From: Polyangium sp.
GTDB lineage: Bacteria > Myxococcota_A > Polyangia > Polyangiales > Polyangiaceae
Assembly (NCBI GenBank): GCA_031374535.1
Contig: JANMGF010000076.1
Location: 1-39,452 of the forward strand
Length of the DNA: 39,452 nucleotides
Direction of reading: 5' to 3'
Numbering within the stretch: the stretch's first letter is position 1; each line of letters starts with the position of its first letter. Positions 28,916 through 37,267 of the stretch are shown here, piece after piece. The notes under the pieces are model-generated. The model worked only from the letters and a program-made list of their open reading frames with translations. It did not search any database and was not told the DNA's origin. A program made the position numbers and the translations under genes.

Positions 28916-30455
28916 TCAGCCACGCCCGAAGACAGGAGCGAGCAGAACGGCCTCGGCCACGTGCGGCGCGCGGACGACCTCGCTCCCGTCGAGATCGGCG
29001 ATCGTTCGGGCCACGCGCAGCACCTTGGTCCGGAGGCTGGCCGACAGCCCGAGACGCTCGACGGCCTGCTCCAGGGTCCGCTTGCCTTGCGCATCAGGCA
29101 CAGCGATGCGCTCGAGGTCGCGGTCGTTCAACGTGGTGTTGAGCGAGGAGGCGACCTTCTGCCGCGCCGCGCGCGCATGCTGGATCGTTCGTGCTGCAAC
29201 GACCCGATTCCGCACCGTCTCGCTGTTCTCGCCCTTCGCCTTGCCCCCGAGCTGCGCGACGTCGACAGGCGGCACCACGATCTGCATATCGACTCGCTCG
29301 AAAAGCGGTCCGTGCACTCGCTCCCGATGACGCCGGATCTGCTCGACAGAACATGTGCACCGCCGTTTTGCGTCCCCGTAGAACCCGCAAGGGCACGCGT
29401 GTGTCGCCAGCACCAGGAGAGGACGCGCAGGAAAGACCGTGCGGTTCTGCCCCCCGGATGATGACCGCTTCCCCCTGGGCGAGCGCGGTCTCCAGCACGG
29501 CGAGCGAACTCCGCCGAAACTCCGGCAGTTCGTCGAGGAACAGGACCCCTCCGTGGGCAAGGGACACCTCCCCAGGACGCACGGGATCTCCTCCGCCGAC
29601 GAGTCCTGCGGGAGTCACCGTATGATGCGGCGCCCGGAACGGCCGGTTCGTAGCGAGCCCCTGCTCCGAATTGAGCAATCCGGCGACGGAGTGGATGCTC
29701 GTGACTTCGAGCGCCTCGTCCACGGACATCGGGGGCAGGATCGTGGGAATGCGGCGCGAGGCCATCGTGATTCCCGCACCGGGCGGGCCGATGAAGAGAA
29801 TCGAGTGCTGGCCCGCCGCCGCGATCTCGATAGCTCGCCGCGTGGATGCCATCCCGCGCATGTCCGCGAGATCGAGCGCGGCAGGCTGCTTCGGTCGGAA
29901 GGGCACGCTCGCGCGTTCCAGCTCGCAGGCTCCACGTAGGTAGTCCTGCACGGCATCCAACTTCCCCGCCACGCGCACGTCGAGCTCCGGCGCGCTCGCC
30001 GCCTCCGCGAGGTTGGCACGGGGCACGATCGCATGCTGGATCCCCTTGCTCGCCGCACCCCGCAGCGCCGGCAGCACCCCACGAACGGGCCGCATTCCCC
30101 CCGAGAGGGACAGCTCGCCGAGCACGACAGTGCCGGGCAGCGTCTTCTTCTCGAAGGCAAGAATCACGGCCGTCGCGATGGCCAGATCGAAGAACCCATC
30201 ATTCCGAAGACCTGCGGGGGAGACCTTGACCGCGATGTTGTAGCCATCAAGGCGCACGCCGACCTGCGCGAGCGCCGAGCGGACGCGCACCTTCGTTTCT
30301 CGCAGGCTCACTTCCGCGAGACCGACGAGATCAAACAAGCTCGCGCCCGTCTCGATCGTGACGACGATGCTCACGAGCGACGCGACGAGGCCCGTGAGCG
30401 AAATGGAAAGAACCTCACTCCGGAGGCACTTCTCCGACTGGGGATACTTCCCCAT
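28916..30455 (-). pseudogene. comM: ComM/YifB (Mg-chelatase-like AAA+), frameshifted and with an altered Walker A
   Basis: [47 protein letters not shown] in one frame; [21 protein letters not shown]...[20 protein letters not shown] in the other. The switch is at a G6 run (C6 at 29450-29455); Walker A reads GPPGAGIT. Confidence 0.85.
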
Positions 30456-30496
30456 ATCGACTCCCTTCGGATGATTGATTGTGCAAAGGAAGAAGC

Positions 30497-30524
30497 GGGC
30501 CCGGAGGCACATGCCCCCGGGCCC
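30497..30524 (-). terminator. Hairpin plus pyrimidine tract upstream of comM
   Basis: GGGCCCGG-aGGCA-ca-TGCCc-CCGGGCCC followed on the minus strand by GCTTCTTCCTTT. Confidence 0.55.
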
Positions 30525-30531
30525 ATTCCGA

Positions 30532-30870
30532 TCAGAAGACGCCCGACTCCGGCCCCGTCCCCGGGTTCACCGGCTCGGCGCCCTCGGGCGGCTCCTGCCC
30601 GCCGAGCTTGCCCTTCTCGATGGCGCTCCGCAGCGCGACGGCCACGTTCGGCATGATGAGCTCGACCTCCTCGGCGAAGAACTCCGTCTCCGCCCGCGTG
30701 AGGCGCACGCCCCGCCACTCCTTCCGCCCGCGCCGTTTGTCGGCGGGCAGCTCATCCTCGTGGATGTAGACGTGCCCGTCGCTGGCGAGCGCGAACGAGG
30801 CCATGCACTCCTCCACGCGGTCCTGCTCCTCGGTCTCCGCGTTCTTCGTGGGCGACTGCTTGGACGACAT
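30532..30870 (-). CDS. Hypothetical protein
   Basis: GGGAG RBS before ATG 30870; GC3-rich; lies within the co-oriented run. Confidence 0.65.
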   Translation of the reverse strand: MSSKQSPTKNAETEEQDRVEECMASFALASDGHVYIHEDELPADKRRGRKEWRGVRLTRAETEFFAEEVELIMPNVAVALRSAIEKGKLGGQEPPEGAEPVNPGTGPESGVF

Positions 30871-30888
30871 GTGTCTCCCTGGAAAAGC

Positions 30889-30923
30889 GAATGCGGCGCA
30901 CGGAAGAACCGCACGCCGCATTC
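30889..30923 (-). terminator. Hairpin plus short T tract
   Basis: Perfect 10-bp inverted repeat GAATGCGGCG/CGCCGCATTC followed on the minus strand by GCTTTT. Confidence 0.55.
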
Positions 30924-30941
30924 TCGCTACTGGTTTGTCGC

Positions 30942-31343
30942 TCAATCCTCTTCGGGCAAGAGGATCGTGATGACCGCCTCGACGTCGTCGCCAGGCCCGA
31001 TGATGGCCTTCAGCTCGACGAGGGACGGTTCAATCGAGTCGGTGACGACATACAACTCGTACCGGATTTCAGCTTCATCCGGCCGTTGCAGGGCGGCACA
31101 GCGGAACATCCAGAGGACATCCCAGAGCCTACCCGTCTTGTCGTTCCCCGCCTTCTCCGCGGCCGGCGACAGCTCGACGTACTTCTCCCAGACGGAGCGC
31201 GTCAGCGCCACCGGCGCCTTGATTCCGGCCTGCTTCGCGAGCTCAGTGACGTCGACGAGCGTGCCGTCTTCGAGTGCCTGTGCGCGACTGTAGGCCGCAA
31301 TCAGGACAAACTCTCCACCGACATCACCATCTTCGTCGCTCAC
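30942..31343 (-). CDS. DUF6573-like protein (MGE-associated)
   Basis: YSRAQALEDGTLVDVT, PVALTRSVW, GRLWDVLWM, ITILLPEED; family name from recollection. GTGA overlap with the vWA stop. Confidence 0.75.
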   Translation of the reverse strand: MSDEDGDVGGEFVLIAAYSRAQALEDGTLVDVTELAKQAGIKAPVALTRSVWEKYVELSPAAEKAGNDKTGRLWDVLWMFRCAALQRPDEAEIRYELYVVTDSIEPSLVELKAIIGPGDDVEAVITILLPEED

Positions 31344-32509
31344 GTTGCCCCCGCGAGCAACGTGATGCTCGAGCCCTCGGTCATCGCCTTATCGTTGAGC
31401 TCGGTGTATTGCGCGGCCTTCTTTCGAAGCGGCGAGTCCTCCGCGATGGAGCACTCGATCGCCACCGTCCAGAGCCGCGCGCCGATGCTCGCCGCCGCGT
31501 CGACCGACTTCTTCTGCTCCTCCTCGTTCCGGTCGATGCCGTCCGTGACGAGGATGATGTCGGCGCCGTGCTGGCCCTTCTGCGCGAGCGCCTTCACCTG
31601 ATCCGCTGCGACGCCGAGGGCCAGGCCGATCGCCGTTCCGCCGCTGAGGAAGTGAAGGATCATCTTCACGATCCCCGCGCTGTCGTTGGGCTTCACGACC
31701 TGCACCACGGTGGAGGTCGCGTAATGAACCACCGCCACGGGCCGGTTTTCGTCGGAAGCGACTCGGGCGAGCGCCACCGCAGCGGCCTTCGCCCACTCGT
31801 TCCGAATTCCGGACATGCTGCCCGATTCATCGAGCGCGAGCACGAGCGGGCCCTTCGACTTCTTCGTCGTCCCCCGGACCGCGTACTGCGCAGCCCGGCG
31901 AGAGGCGATTCGTTCGAGAGCCACGATCTCAATTTGCGGGTCGGTCAGGAGCACCGTCTCTGCCGGCAAAAGCCGGGCGACGTCATTGCCCTGCTCGACC
32001 GAGTACACCTCGCCCGAGACCCCGTGGACCTTGCTCGCATGCGCGCCGCGAAGCGAGGCGAACATGCGACCAGCCAGTCGAGCAATACGCTCGACCCGAT
32101 CCATGTCGTCCCCCGCAGCCTCCACTTGCCGGACTTGCGCCCAGGCTGCCGAGAGATCCCAGCCGAACCCGTCCGACAGGTGTTTGACCTGCTTCGCCTT
32201 CTTGTCGAACGTCGCCCACTCCTCGCGGGCGGCGCTCCGCATCTCGAAGGCCGAGGCACCCTCCGGGACGTGCTTCCCCGCCTTCCACAAGAGCCCGAAC
32301 GCGTAGGCCGCGCCTACCTCGTCGAGGGCGAGAAAGGCCATGTACTCGGCGGGAACCGTATCCCTCACGGCCTCCGCGAATGACCGCGTCGGCGGGTCCC
32401 GTCCGAGCCCCACGATCGCATTCCAGAGGTCACCGGCCTTCTCCGCGTCCTCGAAGGAAGCCTCCTTGACGCAGAGATGCCGGCGCCTCGCCTGCAAGAA
32501 CGTACTCAT
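31340..32509 (-). CDS. vWA domain protein (ViaA-like partner of a MoxR/RavA ATPase)
   Basis: GNDVARLLPAE, KGPLVLALDESGSM (MIDAS DxSxS), GGTAIG, ADIILVTDG. Confidence 0.9.
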   Translation of the reverse strand: MSTFLQARRRHLCVKEASFEDAEKAGDLWNAIVGLGRDPPTRSFAEAVRDTVPAEYMAFLALDEVGAAYAFGLLWKAGKHVPEGASAFEMRSAAREEWATFDKKAKQVKHLSDGFGWDLSAAWAQVRQVEAAGDDMDRVERIARLAGRMFASLRGAHASKVHGVSGEVYSVEQGNDVARLLPAETVLLTDPQIEIVALERIASRRAAQYAVRGTTKKSKGPLVLALDESGSMSGIRNEWAKAAAVALARVASDENRPVAVVHYATSTVVQVVKPNDSAGIVKMILHFLSGGTAIGLALGVAADQVKALAQKGQHGADIILVTDGIDRNEEEQKKSVDAAASIGARLWTVAIECSIAEDSPLRKKAAQYTELNDKAMTEGSSITLLAGAT

Positions 32510-32512
32510 GGC

Positions 32513-33658
32513 CTACGGCAGCGCGTAGCGCTTCGAGAGGTCGGCCGTGAGCGCGTCGTGGGCCTTCTTGAGCTCGTCGAGCTTCGGCTGGATGCGCGCG
32601 TGAGCGCGGCGCGACACGCCATTCTTCAGCATGTCCTGCACACGCTTGCCCGCCTCCGTGACCTTGTCCGCGAGCTGGGGCAATGCGGACTGATACGCCG
32701 CCGGCTCCGTCGATCGATTCGCGTATCCGCGGAGCGCCTCGTCCACGATATCGATCGCCTGCGCGACGACCGAGCGATCGACCGTCTGCAGCACGGCGAC
32801 GACACGTGCCCGATCCTCCGGCTTGTTCCAGAGCCCATACTTCAGAACGGACAGGTGATCGAGCTCGACCGTGGGTGCATCGTCGAGCCACGCCGCGGCC
32901 TTGAGGACACGCGTGAGCGCGATCCAGCGCCGGTCCGACAGCACGAGGCCATCCGCCTTCAGCGCCGTACGGAGCCGGAGCAGCTCCTCGACGACACGCT
33001 GGGGCAGCTCGAGGCGTTGCACGTCTTTGCACGCGGCATCCCACTCCGCGAGCCCGATCTGCGCCGCCGGCTTGTACTCCGGCGGCGCGGCGACGAGCTG
33101 CATCCACGTCGCATCGGCCTGCACGTACTCGACGACATCGCGCAGGAGGAAACGATCGTAGACCGCCGCGAGGATCTCCTCCTCGGGCAGCTCGTTCGAC
33201 GCGCCGACGAGGAGCCGCAGGGGAATCGACTGCCCCTTGTACAGCCGCTCGTTCATGGCGGACAGGAACGCATTGAGCACGCTGTCCGAGCCCTTGAACA
33301 CCTCGTCGAGGAAGGCGCACTCGACGGCCGCGAGACGGCCATCCAAGTTCCTCTCCCAGAGGTCGTTCTTGAGGGCGGAGAGCTTCACGGGACCGAAATA
33401 CTCGTCCTCGGTCCCGAACTTCGTGATGAGCGTCTGAAACTTCCGCGCGTCCGTGAACGACGCGAGGAACCCGAAGAAGAGCGCGCTCTTCGCCGTGCCC
33501 GGAGGCCCGACGAGCAGCGCGTGGCTCTGCGCGAGCGCGGCGAGGATGATGCACTCGATCGCATCCTCACGCTCCCGAAAAACCGCATTGAGCCCATCAC
33601 GCACGGCGCGAAACCGTGCGCGGACGGAGCCCATGTCGATGGAACCGTTCTTTTTCAT
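32513..33658 (-). CDS. MoxR/RavA-like AAA+ ATPase
   Basis: GPPGTAKS, FGP, AFLDEVFKG, GASNELP, AVYDRF, SDRRW. Confidence 0.92.
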   Translation of the reverse strand: MKKNGSIDMGSVRARFRAVRDGLNAVFREREDAIECIILAALAQSHALLVGPPGTAKSALFFGFLASFTDARKFQTLITKFGTEDEYFGPVKLSALKNDLWERNLDGRLAAVECAFLDEVFKGSDSVLNAFLSAMNERLYKGQSIPLRLLVGASNELPEEEILAAVYDRFLLRDVVEYVQADATWMQLVAAPPEYKPAAQIGLAEWDAACKDVQRLELPQRVVEELLRLRTALKADGLVLSDRRWIALTRVLKAAAWLDDAPTVELDHLSVLKYGLWNKPEDRARVVAVLQTVDRSVVAQAIDIVDEALRGYANRSTEPAAYQSALPQLADKVTEAGKRVQDMLKNGVSRRAHARIQPKLDELKKAHDALTADLSKRYALP

Positions 33659-33740
33659 GTTGTGGAAATCCGCGACTGGTTGAAGCCGCGGCGGCGCCCC
33701 GCCCCGGTGTCACCCGAGACGGGGCCGGTTTGTCCTGTAA

Positions 33741-34688
33741 TCAGTCGTTCACGGCGATGGAGAACGACGGCCCATTGCTGCTCCCACCGCCCGAGAGCTG
33801 GCGCTGGAAGCTGTCCTGGAGCTCCTTCACTTTCGTGGTGATCTTGTCGGAGACACCAGCGAGGACGCCGCGGTAGAGCTCGGCCTTCGCGACGAGCTCG
33901 TTGCAGAACTGGACTCGCCGCGAGAGTGCGTCCTGCCGCATGCCGTCGGTCTTCGCCTTCTCGAAATCCGTGAGAAGCTCCGCAATGTCGGACTCGAGCG
34001 CGCTCTGCGCCGCGGACTTCGCGACGGCAAGGTTGTCCGGCGCGTCGTGCATCTCGATGGTGAGGGGCTCGACGCGTAGCTCCTCGAGAGCGGGCTTGAG
34101 GCGCTTCCACGTGCCGCAGGACAGCGGCGGCAGCAGGTAGAGGCCGCCGCGGTTGCGGATGGGCACCCCGGAGAGGGCCTTCACGATGGCGACGAGGACA
34201 TTCGAGATGTCCCGCGTCTCGCAATGCGTGATGAGGTGGTTCGCGTGCGCGGCGATGTTCTCGGCGTGCGCGAGGGCTGCCTCGAGCCCGGCGCCTCCCT
34301 CGGGCGGCAGGGAGACGACCCGATTGCCACCCGAGTCGACGCGGCACCGCGCGCCACAGACGACGCTGTCGCCCTTCTCGCCGTCGTTCTTGTTCTGGAG
34401 ATAGACCCCGAACGACGCGGGCGTGTCGACGTTCGGTCGGGAGAACGGCCGGACGAGGATGTTCGCCGGCCGCTTGACCTCGCCGGCAGCGCGGGAGAGC
34501 GCCGTGGCCGGGTCCATGTCCACGATGAGATGCTCGAACTTCTCGGGCGCGAGGAGCTTTCGAGCGTCCTCGCGGGAGACATTGATGCGCTCCGTGTTCC
34601 ATCCAACGATGTCGCCGATATGGCGACCTCCGGCGGCGGCGACACGGCGCTGGGACCGGGAAAGGGTCGAAACAGCGCTGCTGGTCAT
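33741..34688 (-). CDS. DUF3150/DUF6744-like protein
   Basis: IGDIVGW N-terminus, RNRGGLYLLP, C-terminal coiled coil, and position directly upstream of AAA+vWA; family assignment tentative. Confidence 0.6.
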   Translation of the reverse strand: MTSSAVSTLSRSQRRVAAAGGRHIGDIVGWNTERINVSREDARKLLAPEKFEHLIVDMDPATALSRAAGEVKRPANILVRPFSRPNVDTPASFGVYLQNKNDGEKGDSVVCGARCRVDSGGNRVVSLPPEGGAGLEAALAHAENIAAHANHLITHCETRDISNVLVAIVKALSGVPIRNRGGLYLLPPLSCGTWKRLKPALEELRVEPLTIEMHDAPDNLAVAKSAAQSALESDIAELLTDFEKAKTDGMRQDALSRRVQFCNELVAKAELYRGVLAGVSDKITTKVKELQDSFQRQLSGGGSSNGPSFSIAVND

Positions 34689-34744
34689 GGGGTTGTCCGA
34701 GGATAGGACGCAATGCCTTGCAAGCATGCCGTCCGAAAAGAGGG

Positions 34745-34770
34745 CACCGCAGACGTGGTTCGTCGCGGTG
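34745..34770 (-). terminator. Hairpin plus pyrimidine tract
   Basis: CACCGCaGACG-tggtt-CGTCGCGGTG followed on the minus strand by CCCTCTTTT. Confidence 0.5.
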
Positions 34771-34788
34771 ATACGTTGTCGCCAGGCG

Positions 34789-35466
34789 CTACGCGAAGAG
34801 CGTCATGTTCACGACTTCATCGCCCAGCGAGACCGGACGCCGCGGTGGCCGCTGCGCCCGGTGCACGCTCGGCCGCTCTGCGGGCGGTGTGAGATACACG
34901 TGCAGCCCGTACGCGATGTCGCGTGCGGGCACGTGCTGCGAAAGGAAGTTCAGGCCGCCCCGCCCGTTCTTCCAGCGGAAGTGAAGCCCTTCGGCATCGA
35001 CCCAGGCGGCAAGGTCATCGTGCCGGGAGAGCGCCTCGCCCGCGCTCCACAGCGTATGGCGCAGCATGCGGGCCTCGAAGACACGTCCACCGTGGAACGC
35101 GATGAACCTGTGTCCGACATCGGCGAGAATGGCACCGAAGAGAATGCTCGGGTCGAGGTGCGCCCGCCCCTCATGCCACACGGCGGTGCGAGCGAGATGC
35201 TCGGCGGCGGAGCCGGCGATCTGGGCCGCCCGCTCCGCGCGCCTCGCTTCCTGCGCTTCTGCTCGCCTGTGAAGCAAGGCCTCGAGCTTCGGCCCCACTT
35301 CACGGTCGGGTTTGCCGACGAGCTGCTCGAGAGCCTCGCGCTCGACCCCGAGGAGAACGGCCACGTGCTCGGACGTCTCCTCGAGATATCGGCTGAGGCT
35401 CTTCGTATTCGGCTCCGCGATCCTGAGCGCGCACCGCAGCTCTTCGAGGCTGCTACGCCGCGGCAT
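34789..35466 (-). CDS. Hypothetical protein
   Basis: GC3-rich ORF overlapping the upstream gene by 14 nt. Confidence 0.65.
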   Translation of the reverse strand: MPRRSSLEELRCALRIAEPNTKSLSRYLEETSEHVAVLLGVEREALEQLVGKPDREVGPKLEALLHRRAEAQEARRAERAAQIAGSAAEHLARTAVWHEGRAHLDPSILFGAILADVGHRFIAFHGGRVFEARMLRHTLWSAGEALSRHDDLAAWVDAEGLHFRWKNGRGGLNFLSQHVPARDIAYGLHVYLTPPAERPSVHRAQRPPRRPVSLGDEVVNMTLFA

Positions 35467-35740
35467 GGAGCGGCTCGTGCGGCTCCGGCAGCACGGGCTC
35501 GGGCCGATCGAAGTCCGGCGACGGCCCCGGCGCTTGGTCGGGCGCCCGCTTCGCCTGCGTGGCGAGGCTCTTAAAGAGCTCCATGTCGGGCGAATTGTTT
35601 TTCGCCGCCCGAGCGATTCGCCGGGCGACGGTGTACGGGTTCATGGAACGCGGCACGCGCAGCTCCGTGATGCCGAGCGAGAGAAACATCCGCCGCTCGG
35701 CGAGCGTGGAGTAGCGAAGCGTGCGGCCATTGACGCGCAT
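35453..35740 (-). CDS. Hypothetical protein
   Basis: Strong AAAGGAG RBS before ATG 35740; GC3-rich. Confidence 0.7.
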   Translation of the reverse strand: MRVNGRTLRYSTLAERRMFLSLGITELRVPRSMNPYTVARRIARAAKNNSPDMELFKSLATQAKRAPDQAPGPSPDFDRPEPVLPEPHEPLHAAA

Positions 35741-35829
35741 GGGAATCTCCTTTCCGGAACCAGAAGGGCGCCCTGGAGCACGGCATTACGTGCCAGCGGG
35801 GCGCCCTGGTCGACGGACGATGAACGTTT

Positions 35830-36195
35830 TCAGCGATCCCACAACCTGCTGGGCCTCCAGGCCGGCGGCGGTTCCTCCTCGTCTTCGTCGAAGAGGTGCC
35901 GCTGATGCGGAGGCGGGTACTGGTTGGGGTATTGGGGCGGACCGTACCGAGGCGCGTGCCGCGTCGGCGCATGCCGGAACGCCAGCATGGCCACGGGCCG
36001 GTTTCGCTCGACGAACACGACGCCGGTGAACATGGCCCCGTCCTCGCTGACGAGCTCGACGCCCGGTGGCGGACGTGCCGCTTCACGGAGCCATTCGAGC
36101 GTCTCATCGGTGACGGGGGCGATGTCCTTGAATCGGCGCTGAAGTTCGTCGAACAGCGCCTCGCCGAGGATGTCGGCTACGAGTTGGAGGGCCAG
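35830..36195 (-). CDS. Hypothetical protein, probably starting at a non-canonical CTG (121 aa)
   Basis: The frame of the 67-aa ORF stays open and GC3-rich for 54 more codons (LALQLVADILGEALFDELQRRFKDIAPVTDETLEWLREAARPPPGVELVSEDGA), back to a CTG with GAGG 4 nt upstream. Confidence 0.5.
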   Translation of the reverse strand: MALQLVADILGEALFDELQRRFKDIAPVTDETLEWLREAARPPPGVELVSEDGAMFTGVVFVERNRPVAMLAFRHAPTRHAPRYGPPQYPNQYPPPHQRHLFDEDEEEPPPAWRPSRLWDR

Positions 36196-36344
36196 ATGGC
36201 CTCGGTCACGACCGCGAGCACGACGCCGGCCACGAGGGCGGCGGCGCCCTTCTTCGTCGAGTCATTGGCCATGACGCGCTTGAGGAAAGGCGTCGAGAGG
36301 TCCTGGACGGGCTGGGCGTTGTTGTTCTGGGCGTTGTTGGCCAT
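36177..36344 (-). CDS. Small membrane protein (55 aa)
   Basis: MANNAQNNNAQPVQDLSTPFLKRVMANDSTKKGAAALVAGVVLAVVTEAIWPSNS; AGGA RBS; one hydrophobic helix; below the ORF-track cutoff. Confidence 0.6.
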   Translation of the reverse strand: MANNAQNNNAQPVQDLSTPFLKRVMANDSTKKGAAALVAGVVLAVVTEAIWPSNS

Positions 36345-36354
36345 TTCGGTTTTC

Positions 36355-36474
36355 CTATCCGGTGATGGTGATGGGGATGACCTGGGCGACCATCGTGAAG
36401 ACGGCAGCCCTGATACGCATCGCCTTGCTGACCAGCTTGGGATCGCGAAGGCGGCTCAAGAACCGCGACATCAT
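36355..36474 (-). CDS. Small basic/hydrophobic peptide (39 aa)
   Basis: MMSRFLSRLRDPKLVSKAMRIRAAVFTMVAQVIPITITG; GGAG RBS; GC3-rich. Confidence 0.45.
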   Translation of the reverse strand: MMSRFLSRLRDPKLVSKAMRIRAAVFTMVAQVIPITITG

Positions 36475-36523
36475 GATGACTCCAGTGTGGAGCCTCCCGG
36501 ATTGTTATACCGGGTCTCGTCGA

Positions 36524-37186
36524 TTATTTCCGCGCAGAGTCGGTTGCCCACTGGTTCGCCACGAACGAGCTGAAACGGCCCGACGCTGTGACGATCACGT
36601 GGTCGACGAACAGAAGGCCGACTTGGTCTCCAGCTTCCTTGACGCGCAGGGTGAGCTCGATGTCCTCGGCCGAGGGATTGGGATTTCCGCTCGGGTGGTT
36701 ATGGATGAGGACGAACCCCGAAGCGGCGAGCTCGAGGCCAGCACGCAGGATGTCGGATGTGCGAACGGCGAGCGCATGAAGGCCGCCTCGGGCGATCGTC
36801 CGTGCCCCACGGAAGTGGCTCTGCCCGCTGAGCGCGAGTAGGTGCATCTCCTCGTGGATGAGGTGCCCGAGCCGGGGCTGGGCCCAGGCGACGACGTCGA
36901 GGCAGGAGGCGATAGAGGTGACGTCTGCGGCTTCGACGAACCGGCGGTGGCCGAGCTCGAGGGCGGCGAGGAGGCGGGTAGCTTCGTCGGGGGTGAGGGC
37001 GAAGCGCTCGGTCAGGGCGAGGGGGGACAGGCGGGCGAGGGAGGCGAGGTTGCCGAGCGATTCGAGGAGATGGGCTGCGACGCCGGGGCGTCCGAGCACG
37101 TGGTCGAGGAGGGTTTCGGTGGGGGCGTGGTGGAGGTCAGAAGTCCCAGCTGGCAACGATTGATGGTCGTCGGGAGCGTCGGACAA
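36524..37186 (-). CDS. radC: RadC-family JAB domain protein
   Basis: LLAALELGHR, EEMHLLAL, HNHPSGNPNPSAEDIELT, DHVIV. Confidence 0.93.
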   Translation of the reverse strand: MSDAPDDHQSLPAGTSDLHHAPTETLLDHVLGRPGVAAHLLESLGNLASLARLSPLALTERFALTPDEATRLLAALELGHRRFVEAADVTSIASCLDVVAWAQPRLGHLIHEEMHLLALSGQSHFRGARTIARGGLHALAVRTSDILRAGLELAASGFVLIHNHPSGNPNPSAEDIELTLRVKEAGDQVGLLFVDHVIVTASGRFSSFVANQWATDSARK

Positions 37187-37267
37187 GGTGCGTGGCTCCT
37201 TTTTGAGGGGTCAAGCGAATGGCGTGCTGCCACTCATTACTCTTATGCCTCCTGCGCACCTGGTTTT

